The notes under the pieces are model-generated. The model was not told where the DNA came from, did no database searches, and saw only the letters and a program-made list of their open reading frames with translations. From assembly GCA_043798375.1 (NCBI GenBank), contig JAZDOS010000029.1, positions 62,955 to 126,954 of the forward strand: a stretch of DNA of 64,000 nucleotides. Reading direction: 5' to 3'. Every line of letters starts with the position of its first letter. Positions within the stretch are counted from its first letter, which is position 1. Below, in pieces: positions 18,247 through 27,462 of the stretch. The position numbers and the translations under genes are program-made. This DNA is from Candidatus Omnitrophota bacterium. Lineage in GTDB: Bacteria > Omnitrophota > Gorgyraeia > 2-01-FULL-45-10.

Positions 18247-18708
18247 ATGCGCCACTCTTTACGTAACTTCAGGAATGAGGACGCCTTTGGCGTAAAAGAT
18301 CTGATACTTGGAATTCTCGCGAAAGAGTATCCTTTCGACAAGAGCGCATACTCTGACAGCGACCTTGATAAGATCGTCGAGACCTACGGCGGCGTCAGGG
18401 ATTCCTTCTTCGTTATCGAAGAAGGCGGTGAGGTCGTAGGAACGGTCGGGGTGAAAGAGGAGTCGAGGGACGAGGCGCTGTTAAGGAGGCTCTTCGTGGA
18501 CTTGAAGCACAGGAAGCACGGTTACGGCACCGAGCTTCTCGATAAAGCCGTCGCTTTCTGCGGGGAAATGGGCTATAAAAAAATATACTTCAGGTGCACG
18601 GACAGGATGTCCGACGCGATGAAGCTCTGTCTTAAAAAAGGCTTCAAAGAAACGGAGAAGCTCGAAGTAAGCGGCTTCAAAATACATAAACTCGAGTTGG
18701 GGCTTTGA
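18247..18708 (+). CDS. GNAT family N-acetyltransferase
   Basis: LRRLFVDLKHRKHGYGTELL acetyl-CoA motif. Confidence 0.88.
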   Translation: MRHSLRNFRNEDAFGVKDLILGILAKEYPFDKSAYSDSDLDKIVETYGGVRDSFFVIEEGGEVVGTVGVKEESRDEALLRRLFVDLKHRKHGYGTELLDKAVAFCGEMGYKKIYFRCTDRMSDAMKLCLKKGFKETEKLEVSGFKIHKLELGL

Positions 18709-19100
18709 TGAAAGTTCACGAAACCGAGATAAGGGTAAGATACCAGGAGACGGACAACATGGGTGTGGTCTATTACGCGAATTACTTAACCTGGTTCGAG
18801 GTGGCAAGGACCGAATATTTCCGGGCAGCGGGGCTGGTCTACCGCAAGCTTGAAGAGAAGGGGATATATCTTATGGTGGCGAGCGCTTCCTGCCAGTACA
18901 GGTCTCCTGCCAGGTATGACGATGTCGTTAAGCTCCATGCGTGGGTGCCGGAACTCAAAAATTCAAGCCTTAAATTCGCGTATAAATTATTTGTCGGCGA
19001 AAAAGTGATCGCGCAGGGAGAGTCTGTTCACGTATTTACCGACGCTCGGGGCAAGCCGACAAGAATACCCGAAGAAGTAAGAAGATTATTCCATCCCTAA
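18708..19100 (+). CDS. YbgC/4HBT family acyl-CoA thioesterase
   Basis: RVRYQETDNMGVVYYANYL.WFE.AR. Confidence 0.92.
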   Translation: MKVHETEIRVRYQETDNMGVVYYANYLTWFEVARTEYFRAAGLVYRKLEEKGIYLMVASASCQYRSPARYDDVVKLHAWVPELKNSSLKFAYKLFVGEKVIAQGESVHVFTDARGKPTRIPEEVRRLFHP

Positions 19101-19559
19101 CGTAACTACAGAATCTTTTTTCTGTAAAACAACCTTGTCCTTGTCTATCTTAATCACCTTTGCGCCGCTGATAATATCTCCGGTCGCCACAATAACGTTA
19201 TTGACAATCGCCCTGGGCCCATCCACCAGCTCCATTACGCCGTTCAGGACAAAATCCGGAAACTTCCCCTTTGCCGGTTTCGACCTGGACGCGCCGGTAT
19301 AGGTTTCGGCAACCGGAAAATCATCCGTACCCATATCGATCGTCGATATGGGTTTATAGATGGCTTCGGTGACAGCCGAGCCTGCTTTCGCCCCGCTTTT
19401 GCCTGGCGAAAACGAAACCTGTTTTATTGTAACGCCCAACAGCATAATGAAAATTATCAAAAGCACGACGGGCGCGAAATTCTTTTTATTCGGGCTTTGT
19501 CCCGTCCCGGGCCCTTTGAGTCCTTGAGCTTTCTTCAGCGCTTCCTGCACTATGCTCAT
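19086..19559 (-). CDS. GspB/ExeB-like membrane protein
   Basis: MSIVQEALKKAQ start, TM helix, C-terminal LNGVM....AIVN....GD.I.GAKV..I; lies downstream of exeA. Confidence 0.7.
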   Translation of the reverse strand: MSIVQEALKKAQGLKGPGTGQSPNKKNFAPVVLLIIFIMLLGVTIKQVSFSPGKSGAKAGSAVTEAIYKPISTIDMGTDDFPVAETYTGASRSKPAKGKFPDFVLNGVMELVDGPRAIVNNVIVATGDIISGAKVIKIDKDKVVLQKKDSVVTLGME

Positions 19560-19752
19560 CCCGTTAGACCTCCTATTTAAGTAATCTAAGCCCCGTCAAT
19601 GGGTCTAACGGGACTCATCCCGTTAGAACCTCAATCTTGAAAATAAAAAAATAACACATTTTTTGCAATAAAACCCGTTTATATAATAAATACATATTCT
19701 GTTAACCCCGTTAGAAATGTAATTTCTAACGGGGTTAAAGGTTCTAACGGGA
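19559..19752. mobile_element. Two tandem plus one nested CCCGTTAG...CTAACGGG elements
   Basis: A 19559-19613 and B 19618-19752 are separated and flanked by CTCA (19555, 19614, 19753); C 19706-19734 is nested in B with TTAA flanks. Confidence 0.85.
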
Positions 19753-19753
19753 C

Positions 19754-20566
19754 TCATGTTCGTATGCCCTCCAGTTCTTTAATACTCTTTTCAACTATGG
19801 GTAGGCCCACGACCCTCGTCTCCATGACATACGCGGCCAGCAATGACTTATCGCAAATCATATTGATAATGCGCGGAATACCGCCGGAAAATTTGTATAT
19901 CGTCTCTATGGCGTCGTCGGGAAAATTTATCTCGCCGTTAGAACCGGCTACGGACAGCCTGTGATATATATATCTTCCGACTTCATCTTTGTCCAGAGGC
20001 GTTATGTGGAACCTCACCGCGATGCGCTGCTTCAGCTGTTTCAGGTTCGGCGAGTCTATTTTTACTTTAAGTTCAGGTTGTCCCACCAGAACTATCTGGA
20101 ACAGCTTCTCCTTGTCGGTCTCGAGATTGGAGAGCATCCGTATCTCTTCCAGTATGGAAGGCTTCAGGTTCTGGGCCTCATCGATTATCAGTATAACATT
20201 GTTTCCCCTTGACAGCTCCTCAAGAAGAAAACCGTTGAGCTGGCGGAGCATCGACCCCTTGTTCTTCCGCTCCACAGAAAGGCCGTAATCCTCTATTATC
20301 GACTGCAGGAGTTGAAGCTCGGGCAGGTTTGAGTTAAATATAAAAGCGCTTTTTGTCCTGGCATCGAGCTGGTTCAGGATCGCCCTGCAAAGGGTTGTTT
20401 TCCCGGCCCCTATCTCGCCGGTTATCTCTAAAAAACCCTTGCGCTCTTTTATGCCGTATAACAGGTGGGAAAACGCTTCCTTATGGACACGGCTCAGGAA
20501 GAGAAAGTTCGGATCGCTTGTGACATTGAACGGCCTTTCCTTAAGGCCAAAGAATTCTCTATACAT
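19754..20566 (-). CDS. exeA: ExeA/GspA family AAA+ ATPase (secretion/pilus associated)
   Basis: MY.EFFGLKERPF, GEIGAGKTT, IIDEAQNL, LVGQPEL, SGGIPRIIN.ICD. Confidence 0.9.
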   Translation of the reverse strand: MYREFFGLKERPFNVTSDPNFLFLSRVHKEAFSHLLYGIKERKGFLEITGEIGAGKTTLCRAILNQLDARTKSAFIFNSNLPELQLLQSIIEDYGLSVERKNKGSMLRQLNGFLLEELSRGNNVILIIDEAQNLKPSILEEIRMLSNLETDKEKLFQIVLVGQPELKVKIDSPNLKQLKQRIAVRFHITPLDKDEVGRYIYHRLSVAGSNGEINFPDDAIETIYKFSGGIPRIINMICDKSLLAAYVMETRVVGLPIVEKSIKELEGIRT

Positions 20567-20626
20567 ACCGATTATAGTATACACGCCTCACCCTCGAGTT
20601 GCAAATAAAATAAAATTATATTAAAC

Positions 20627-20655
20627 TTGCTTTTTTTGAAATCCTTATGTATAAT
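20627..20655 (+). promoter_or_regulatory. sigma70 promoter
   Basis: TTGCTT-17-TATAAT. Confidence 0.6.
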
Positions 20656-20684
20656 TAACGCATATCTTTAAAGGAGAGAAGCGT

Positions 20685-21053
20685 ATGTGGGACGGAATAA
20701 ACAGAAGAAAGTTTCCCAGGGCCAACTATAAATGCCTGATAAGCATAAAGAAACGCCTTACGGCGAAGACGATATCGACCGAGACGGAGAATATAGGCGC
20801 GGGCGGCATATGCGTCATCATAAAAGAAGACCTGGGCCTCTTTCAGGGCGTTGATGTTGAGCTGTACCTGGATGAGAACCGTCCTCCGATAAAGTCGGGC
20901 GGCACGGTGGTATGGGTGGTGAAGAAGTCTTTTTCCAAGAAGGGGAGCTATTTATACGATACGGGCATCGAATTCATAGACATAAGGCCGGAAGACAGGG
21001 AAAAGATATCCGAGCGGGTTGAAGAGATCCTTAAAAATCAGAGGCGTAAATAG
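20685..21053 (+). CDS. PilZ domain protein
   Basis: RRKFPR, NIGAGG, VVWV, GIEF. Confidence 0.9.
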   Translation: MWDGINRRKFPRANYKCLISIKKRLTAKTISTETENIGAGGICVIIKEDLGLFQGVDVELYLDENRPPIKSGGTVVWVVKKSFSKKGSYLYDTGIEFIDIRPEDREKISERVEEILKNQRRK

Positions 21054-21091
21054 AAGAAACGCCTGGAAGAAACGCCTGGAAGAAACGCCTG
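21053..21091. repeat. 3 x 13-bp tandem repeat gaagaaacgcctg
   Basis: Exact copies at 21053, 21066 and 21079. Confidence 0.95.
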
Positions 21092-21098
21092 GCACGGC

Positions 21099-21127
21099 TT
21101 GACAAATCATAGAAATTGTGTTATACT
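21099..21127 (+). promoter_or_regulatory. sigma70 promoter (extended -10)
   Basis: TTGACA-17-TATACT preceded by TGt. Confidence 0.8.
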
Positions 21128-21166
21128 TGTGTAAATTAAAATCAGGAAGGGAGGTGAAATTAAAAA

Positions 21167-21505
21167 ATGAAAAACTTGTTAAAGGGTATAATTATATGTG
21201 TTGCTATATTGATGGTACTTAATATAGCCAATGCATGCTATGCTCAAGATATGGGTAAGAAGATCTACAGAGGCCTAGCGAATATTATAACGGGATGGAT
21301 AGAGCTTCCAAAGAATATATACGACACCAGCGTGGAAGATAATCCTCTCTCTGGTTTAACGATCGGTTTGGCGAAAGGCGTTGGGATGACGATAGTGCGC
21401 ACAGGCGCAGGAGTGTACGAAACGGTTACATTCCCGTTCCCGATTCCGGAAGGCTACGCACCGGTTCTGGAGCCAGAATTTGTTTTCAATAAGGCTGCGA
21501 AATAA
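21167..21505 (+). CDS. TIGR04073-like exported protein (exosortase-system-associated family)
   Basis: Signal peptide; KIYRGLANIITGWIELPK...RTGAGVYETVTFPFP. Confidence 0.8.
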   Translation: MKNLLKGIIICVAILMVLNIANACYAQDMGKKIYRGLANIITGWIELPKNIYDTSVEDNPLSGLTIGLAKGVGMTIVRTGAGVYETVTFPFPIPEGYAPVLEPEFVFNKAAK

Positions 21506-21523
21506 GCCCAATCCTGATTTCAT

Positions 21524-21571
21524 GGATAAAAATAAGGGGATAGAAGAGATTTTATCCCCTTATTTTTATCC
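21524..21571. terminator. Intrinsic terminator (bidirectional-type)
   Basis: ggataaaaataaggggata / tatccccttatttttatcc stem. Confidence 0.8.
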
Positions 21572-21614
21572 GCCTTCGCAAACAGTAAGCAATAGAGCAG
21601 GTGCTTCGGCGGAT
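21568..21614 (-). repeat. CCGCCGAAGC...GCGAAGGCGGAT REP-like element, copy 1
   Basis: Reverse complement matches 29041-29088. Confidence 0.8.
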
Positions 21615-21671
21615 TATATATCTTGATTAAACGGAATAATCACTATATAATACCAACAAAAAGAGGATAGC

Positions 21672-22022
21672 GTGACAGAGAGAAGAAAGTTTTTACGATT
21701 TGAAACCGCGTTGAACGCGATCTGTGACATGGTAAGTCATAATCACAGGGCTTCATATAAAGTAAGAAACATCTCCAAGGAGGGCGCCCTTCTTCTTGTA
21801 GATAAGAAACTCAGGGAAGGGGCCGAAATAAAGCTTTCGATGGACGTGCCCGGAGATAACGTTCCGATATTCGCGTCATGCGAAGTCGCATGGCAGAAAG
21901 GCGGCGAGAATTGCAATCTGTATGAAACCGGCGTCAGGTTCAAGAGTATCGACGGCCCGGACAGGGGAAGGCTCCTCGAATATATTTATCTGCAGTGGTT
22001 AAAATTACTGGATAAAAAATAA
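21672..22022 (+). CDS. PilZ domain protein
   Basis: ERRKFLR, NISKEG, EVAW, GVRF. Confidence 0.88.
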   Translation: MTERRKFLRFETALNAICDMVSHNHRASYKVRNISKEGALLLVDKKLREGAEIKLSMDVPGDNVPIFASCEVAWQKGGENCNLYETGVRFKSIDGPDRGRLLEYIYLQWLKLLDKK

Positions 22023-22028
22023 TATGAG

Positions 22029-22131
22029 CCCCGTTAGAAAATTTTCCTAATTCTACGTTATTTAATGCCACCGTATACATGAATTCTTTACTTAAATCAT
22101 GATTTAGAAATTTGTAAATTTTCTAACGGGG
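22029..22131. mobile_element. CCCCGTTAG element, TGAG duplication
   Basis: 16-bp TIR ccccgttagaaaattt / aaattttctaacgggg; tgag at 22025-22028 and 22132-22135. Confidence 0.85.
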
Positions 22132-22157
22132 TGAGCGAAGAAAAGAGGCAAGATTAA

Positions 22158-22511
22158 ATGGAAAATGAGAAACCACAAAAGCCTGCTGAAACAGCTCCGA
22201 AAACCAAGGCCCCTCAGGCCGAAGCTAAGCCGGCCGAGAAGAAGGCTCGGGTGAAGAAGGAGAAGCCGGCAAACTGCGCGGGCTGTAACAAGTCCATAAG
22301 AAAAAAGCGCTGGTATTACAGGAACGGCAAAACTTACTGCACGAAGAGGTGCTGGCAGACGACTGAGAAAAAGATTAAAGAGGAGCATCTGGCGGCCGAA
22401 AAAGCAGCTGCTGAAAAGGCAGCCGCCGAGAAAGCCGCTCAAGAGAAGGCCGCAGATGAAAAAGCCCAAACAGATAAAGCGGCCGACGACACTCCGAAGC
22501 TTCAGGGGTAA
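22158..22511 (+). CDS. Small basic protein with CxxC..CxxxC zinc finger and AAEKA repeats
   Basis: CAGCNKSIRKKRWYYRNGKTYCTKRCW; (AAEKA)n tail. Confidence 0.7.
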   Translation: MENEKPQKPAETAPKTKAPQAEAKPAEKKARVKKEKPANCAGCNKSIRKKRWYYRNGKTYCTKRCWQTTEKKIKEEHLAAEKAAAEKAAAEKAAQEKAADEKAQTDKAADDTPKLQG

Positions 22512-22555
22512 AAGCCTCAAGCATTCAAACCGTATCTTAAGAACCTTCCTTATAT

Positions 22556-23011
22556 ATGGCTTCTCGGATAAATAAACCCATCCTGGTAAGCGCATGCCTT
22601 GCGGGCATAGACTGTACTTACAGGGGCAGGAACAAGCTCGTACCCTCTATTAAAAAAATGGTCGATGACGGCATTGCCATACCCGTGTGCCCTGAGGTCA
22701 TGGGTGGGATGGGAATCCCCCGCGAAAATTCCGAGATTGTTGGCGGCGGCGGTATGGACGTCCTGATGAAGAGGGCTCGCGTTATAACAATCTCAGGCAA
22801 GGATGTTACCAAAATTTATATTAAAGGCGCGAAGGCAGTCCTTGCGATCGCCGGAATTTTCGGCGTCAGGAAGGCCATTTTAAAATCGAAAAGCCCGGCC
22901 TGCGGGGCGGGGCGGATCTACGACGGGTCTTTTACGAAGAAGCTTAAAAACGGATCCGGCGTAACGGCAAGCCTGCTTTGTCAAAAAGGCGTAAAGGTCT
23001 ATAGTGCTTGA
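22556..23011 (+). CDS. DUF523 / 2-thiouracil desulfurase-like protein
   Basis: LVSACLAG..C.Y.G, PVCPEV.GG..IPR, LKSKSPACG, GSGVTA. Confidence 0.9.
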   Translation: MASRINKPILVSACLAGIDCTYRGRNKLVPSIKKMVDDGIAIPVCPEVMGGMGIPRENSEIVGGGGMDVLMKRARVITISGKDVTKIYIKGAKAVLAIAGIFGVRKAILKSKSPACGAGRIYDGSFTKKLKNGSGVTASLLCQKGVKVYSA

Positions 23012-23044
23012 AAATTTAGGTAAAAAGGTGGTAGAATAGGGGTC

Positions 23045-23395
23045 ATGGACAAAGAATTTTGCCTGTTCTGCGGAATAGCGAAAAAAGAGATCCCTGCGAA
23101 GATCGCCTATGAGGACGACGCGGCATTGGCATTTGAAGACATAAATCCCAAGGCGCCGGTCCATCTTCTCGTCATACCGAAGCTGCATATAGAAAGGGTG
23201 TCGGATATCCGCGAAGACGGCTTTGAGCTGGTGGGCCATCTGATATCGATAGCAAATAGACTTGCCGAATCCAGGAAGATCAAGGAATCGGGATATAGGC
23301 TAATTTTAAACTGCAACAAAGACGCCGGTCAGGAAGTTTTTCACCTGCACCTGCATCTTCTCGGCGGAAGGAAGTTTTCATGGCCGCCGGGGTAA
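23045..23395 (+). CDS. hinT: Histidine triad nucleotide-binding protein
   Basis: CLFC.I, DINPKAPVH.LVIPK.H, AGQEVFHLHLHLLGGR...WPPG. Confidence 0.93.
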   Translation: MDKEFCLFCGIAKKEIPAKIAYEDDAALAFEDINPKAPVHLLVIPKLHIERVSDIREDGFELVGHLISIANRLAESRKIKESGYRLILNCNKDAGQEVFHLHLHLLGGRKFSWPPG

Positions 23396-23414
23396 CGATA
23401 GGAGCCTGACATAA

Positions 23415-23780
23415 ATGGCCGCTAATGAAAGAAGGTCTTTTCCCCGTATAAAGGATGAGGGGCTGTCTCTTAAGCTTAATGCGGGTGATTTCGACACCAC
23501 AACCCATACCCTGAATATAAGCGCATCGGGAATATACTGCAAGGTTGACAGGGAAATGCCTCTCATGTCCAGGGTGCGGGTAGCGCTGGAGCTGCCGGAG
23601 TCATCAGGCGAAAACCGGTCCGTAAAAAACCTCGAGGTCGACGGCGTGGTAGTGAGGGGACACCCTGTCATAATCGACGGCGTGATAAAACATTACGATA
23701 TCGCGATATTTTTCGACAGCCTCTCCCCGAAAAACAGGGATATGCTCCAGGATTATATCTCAAGAACAAAAAAGAAATAG
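23415..23780 (+). CDS. PilZ domain protein
   Basis: ERRSFPR, NISASG, GVVVR. Confidence 0.88.
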   Translation: MAANERRSFPRIKDEGLSLKLNAGDFDTTTHTLNISASGIYCKVDREMPLMSRVRVALELPESSGENRSVKNLEVDGVVVRGHPVIIDGVIKHYDIAIFFDSLSPKNRDMLQDYISRTKKK

Positions 23781-23789
23781 GCGGTTCTT

Positions 23790-24272
23790 ATGTTCACGCT
23801 CGTAGGGCTTTTCTTTATACTGCTTCTTTCGATGATACTCTATATGCTTTACAGAACCGAGCTTACCGCAACGAAGAATAACCGCCATCACGCAAAGGTC
23901 GAGGAGTATTGGACGGGAAAAGAGAGAAGAAAATATACCCGTTTCAAAAAAACGCTGGACGTCATATACACAGTCGCGAAGAAGCCGCATCTTTCCAGTC
24001 GCGGCCATACGATAGATATATCCGAAGGCGGCATGAAACTGGTCCTCGACGAAAAGCTTCCGAAGGGCGCAATAATGGACCTCAAAATTTCGATTCCCGG
24101 CTCATCCCAGGACACGGATGTGGAGGGCGAAATCATCTGGAGCGAAGAGGCGAATTACGATAAACTCTCCGGCAAAAGGCAGTTCTATTACGGCATAAAG
24201 TTCCTGTACATCAAAGAACCGTCCGGAAAACATTTAAGCGACTACATCCGCTCTATCTCCGTACAACCTTAA
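23790..24272 (+). CDS. Membrane-anchored PilZ domain protein
   Basis: N-terminal TM helix; ERRKYTR, DISEGG, GEIIW, GIKF. Confidence 0.88.
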   Translation: MFTLVGLFFILLLSMILYMLYRTELTATKNNRHHAKVEEYWTGKERRKYTRFKKTLDVIYTVAKKPHLSSRGHTIDISEGGMKLVLDEKLPKGAIMDLKISIPGSSQDTDVEGEIIWSEEANYDKLSGKRQFYYGIKFLYIKEPSGKHLSDYIRSISVQP

Positions 24273-24295
24273 CTCATGCGACAGGCCTTCGAAAA

Positions 24296-24826
24296 ATGGG
24301 AACGATTAAACATCCGGACAAAGTAAAGCTTATCGCAGGCCTTCTCTCCGGAGATGCGGCCCTATTCCAGAAGGTTAAGAAAAGGCTGGAAGAAATATGC
24401 GGAGCCGTTGATCTTGAAAGCGGAATACTGGATTTTGGCCATACGGACTATTACCGCAAGGAGATGGGCGGGGATCTAAAAAGAATATTTTACAGCTTCA
24501 AGAGGCCGGCCGGCCTGGCCGATATCTATAAAGTAAAATTGCGCACCAACCTTATCGAGAAACGGTTTCTTGCAAACGGCAAAAGGGCCGTTAATATAGA
24601 TCCCGGATACCTGAACCTCTCAAAGCTTGTCGTCTTTTCCACAAAAGACTACACCCATAGGATATATTTAAACAAAGGTATCTGTGCCGAGGTAACCCTG
24701 TTCTATAAAGACGGCACTTACAATCCGTGGCCGTGGACATACCCGGATTATAAAACAGGCCCTTATATAAAATTTTTTAATTCGGTCCGCGCGATATATA
24801 AAGAAGGGGGCAAGGCAACTTTATGA
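24296..24826 (+). CDS. DUF4416 family protein
   Basis: TDYY..EMG..L, R.VNIDPGYL, STKDYTHRIYL..G, WTYPDY. Confidence 0.85.
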   Translation: MGTIKHPDKVKLIAGLLSGDAALFQKVKKRLEEICGAVDLESGILDFGHTDYYRKEMGGDLKRIFYSFKRPAGLADIYKVKLRTNLIEKRFLANGKRAVNIDPGYLNLSKLVVFSTKDYTHRIYLNKGICAEVTLFYKDGTYNPWPWTYPDYKTGPYIKFFNSVRAIYKEGGKATL

Positions 24827-24981
24827 TTATAAAAAAGAAGAGCCTGATAGTGGCGCTCGTTTCCGGCTTTATCATATCCCTGGTGCTCATACTTACCTTG
24901 ATAGGGTATGCCGCATACCTGGAACTCAAAAACGAGAACTTTATAAGGTCCTACGAATGCGCTATGGAGAAGCTTAAGTGA
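24823..24981 (+). CDS. Small single-TM protein, 52 aa (not in ORF track)
   Basis: MIIKKKSLIVALVSGFIISLVLILTLIGYAAYLELK...; ATGA and GTGA overlaps with both neighbours. Confidence 0.7.
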   Translation: MIIKKKSLIVALVSGFIISLVLILTLIGYAAYLELKNENFIRSYECAMEKLK

Positions 24982-26660
24982 AAAAAATTTACATAACCGT
25001 TATCTGCCTCTTTGCCGCAAGTATCGTCATATTCATATCATCGTTCGTTTATCTCGACAAAAATAAGCGTAAAACCTATTACTATGTAATAAATTCGTCC
25101 GGCCGCGATATCGGCATTATAAAGGTGGATAAATTCGTAACGGAGGATAAGCTCATATATAAAACGGCCGCCCTGGTGCCTTATGGCGAAATTATCACGG
25201 AAAACAGGTCCAAGATCGTCTATGACCGAAAATACAACCTCGAGAGCTACGCGGCCGAGAGAACGGCGAACGGCGCTGTTGAGACAATATCCGTCGAAAA
25301 AAAAGGCGGCGGCGTGTCGTTCGTATCGAGGCTTAATTCGTGCTTCGCGTTTCTCGAAGATATTCCCACAAGGAAAGAGACTTTCATATTCGAAGAGAAT
25401 TCGCCCGCGACCTATTTGCCGATAATAGAGAACTACGATTTCGCAAGGGGAAGGAGCCAGGGGTTCAGCGCAATATCCTGCTTCATGGACTGGGAATTGC
25501 CGCCGATGAAAAGGTTCGTCACGCTCACCTCGATAAGGGACGAATACTTAAAGATAGGGCGTAAAAAGATAAAAACCGAGAATCTGCTCTTAAAGATAAA
25601 AAATTATCCTCAAGGCAGCGTCTGGGTGGCTAAAATAGACCGGTCGCTTATAAAGATAGAGATGCCGGCTGTTGCCCTTAAAATAACAAGGACATTCTCT
25701 CCATGGGAACTTACGTCAAAAAATTATATCGGCCGGAGCAAAGATTATACGTCCAGGGATATTGCGTTCAAAAATAACGGAGTTAACCTATCCGGCACGC
25801 TGACCTTTCCTCTGAAAGAAGGTAAATACCCGGCCGTCCTTCTCGCCGGCCCTGATGGGCCTGAAGACCGCAATCTCAGGGGCCTCTTCGCTGATTTAGC
25901 CGAGACCCTGTCAAGAAACGGTCTTACGGTATTGAGGTTTGACAAGCGCGGAGTCGGTTCGAGCGACGGAAGCTTGGCGTCTCTTTCGGAAGATGAAGAG
26001 ACGGACGACCTTGCCAGGGCCCTGGATCTTCTGGCTGCCCAAAAAGAGGCTGATCCGCAAAGCCTCTTCATTTTAGGCCATTCGCGCGGATGCTTTCGCG
26101 CCTTGAAACTCGCATCCGAAAAAAATTACATAAAGGGGCTCATCCTGATGGCGCCGGAAATATACTCCAGGTACGGCGCCAAGGAAAATTTTGAAAATTA
26201 TGACAAAATATTTTTTGACAAAAAGTGGGGCCAGGACTATTTAAAATCCGTGAAGAAATCTCTGGAAGAGATAAAGGACAGGGCGTCGCGATCCAAGGGG
26301 AACTGGGCTTTCATCCTGTGGAAAAGGTGTTTCGTAAAGAGGGTCAAGGAAGAGATGAACAGAATTCCATCCCTTTTCATAAAAAATGTAAAAGTTCCGG
26401 TACTCATCCTTCAGGGAAGGCAAGACAGCCCCTCCTCGATGGAATCGTCATTCCTTCTCGACAGGATGCTTGAAGATGGCGGCAATATTAGCCACGCGTT
26501 GACCTATTACGGCTATCTGGGCCGCTACTTTGGCAAGAAGGTAAACGACGGCATATACAAAATACATTATGCGGCCGATAAAGACGTCCTGGACAATATC
26601 ATAAACTGGATTGCCAAAATGGCAGCCGCGCCGCAAGAAACTTCCCCGCAAACAGCGTAA
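24978..26660 (+). CDS. Exported alpha/beta hydrolase with N-terminal beta domain
   Basis: LSGTLT.P, RFDKRGVGSSDG, nucleophile elbow GHSRG, VPVLILQG.QD. Confidence 0.8.
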   Translation: MKKIYITVICLFAASIVIFISSFVYLDKNKRKTYYYVINSSGRDIGIIKVDKFVTEDKLIYKTAALVPYGEIITENRSKIVYDRKYNLESYAAERTANGAVETISVEKKGGGVSFVSRLNSCFAFLEDIPTRKETFIFEENSPATYLPIIENYDFARGRSQGFSAISCFMDWELPPMKRFVTLTSIRDEYLKIGRKKIKTENLLLKIKNYPQGSVWVAKIDRSLIKIEMPAVALKITRTFSPWELTSKNYIGRSKDYTSRDIAFKNNGVNLSGTLTFPLKEGKYPAVLLAGPDGPEDRNLRGLFADLAETLSRNGLTVLRFDKRGVGSSDGSLASLSEDEETDDLARALDLLAAQKEADPQSLFILGHSRGCFRALKLASEKNYIKGLILMAPEIYSRYGAKENFENYDKIFFDKKWGQDYLKSVKKSLEEIKDRASRSKGNWAFILWKRCFVKRVKEEMNRIPSLFIKNVKVPVLILQGRQDSPSSMESSFLLDRMLEDGGNISHALTYYGYLGRYFGKKVNDGIYKIHYAADKDVLDNIINWIAKMAAAPQETSPQTA

Positions 26661-26689
26661 TAACGCTTCGATTAATTTCGGCGATTTTA

Positions 26690-26982
26690 GGGTCCTGCCG
26701 TCCTTCGATTTAACTCAAGGACATGCCCCGAGCGTAGTCGAGGGGCCGCTCCCTCACGGAATCCCCGTAGGGATTGTGCTCAAGCGGGACGTTAAAATCG
26801 CGAGCGGGCATGGTTTTTTGCCCTTACCAATACAACCTGCGAGGTTTGCTGGCAGCTATCTACCTGTTAACCTCGCAGGTTGTATTGGCTATGCAAAAAG
26901 AGCGAGCGATTTTACCGAGCAAAATTTTCCTCGCTGGGGAAAATTTTGCGATCCCGCGAAGCACAATCCCGAAAGGGGATTC
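26690..26982. repeat. Large nested palindromic element, copy 2, carrying an inserted REP (26701-26745)
   Basis: 26770-26915 is closely similar to 15981-16128; 26940-26967 is the near reverse complement of 61130-61157. Confidence 0.85.
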
Positions 26983-27016
26983 TTTTTAGCAGCGAAAAAA
27001 TTCGATTTCATTTACA

Positions 27017-27045
27017 TTGACGTTGCTTTTTTTGTATGCTATATT
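27017..27045 (+). promoter_or_regulatory. sigma70 promoter
   Basis: TTGACG-17-TATATT preceded by TGc. Confidence 0.6.
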
Positions 27046-27075
27046 TAATCGAAATGCGAAACGAGGTTTTGACCC

Positions 27076-27462
27076 ATGACAAAAAAAGAAGAGTTCATTG
27101 ATAGAAGAGGCTCTATTCGGCTGAGGATCCCCGTAAGCATTGCCTATCAAACATCAGGCAATGGCAGAGTTCATACGGTTACGGCCAAAGACATATCCGC
27201 CGAAGGCGCGAGGTTCGAGGCCCACGACAAGCGCCTCAAAGAATCCGATATTCTGGATATGAAGATAGGCATCCCTGAGATATCCGGAGACGGGGTCCGC
27301 GCAACGGGCGCCGTTATATGGAAAAAACGTTTATCGCTTGAGGATAAGTCGCCGTTCGATATCGGCATCGAATTCGGCGAGATAGCGGAAGACGACAAAA
27401 ACGGTTTTCTTAAATTTTTATGTGATTTTATATATAAACTACCGGAGGAAAAAAAGAGATGA
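27076..27462 (+). CDS. PilZ domain protein
   Basis: DRRGSIR, DISAEG, VIW, GIEF. Confidence 0.88.
   Translation: MTKKEEFIDRRGSIRLRIPVSIAYQTSGNGRVHTVTAKDISAEGARFEAHDKRLKESDILDMKIGIPEISGDGVRATGAVIWKKRLSLEDKSPFDIGIEFGEIAEDDKNGFLKFLCDFIYKLPEEKKR

Noticed and set aside
21053-21091. Possible CRISPR array
   Set aside because: 13-bp head-to-tail repeats with no spacers and no cas genes in the window.
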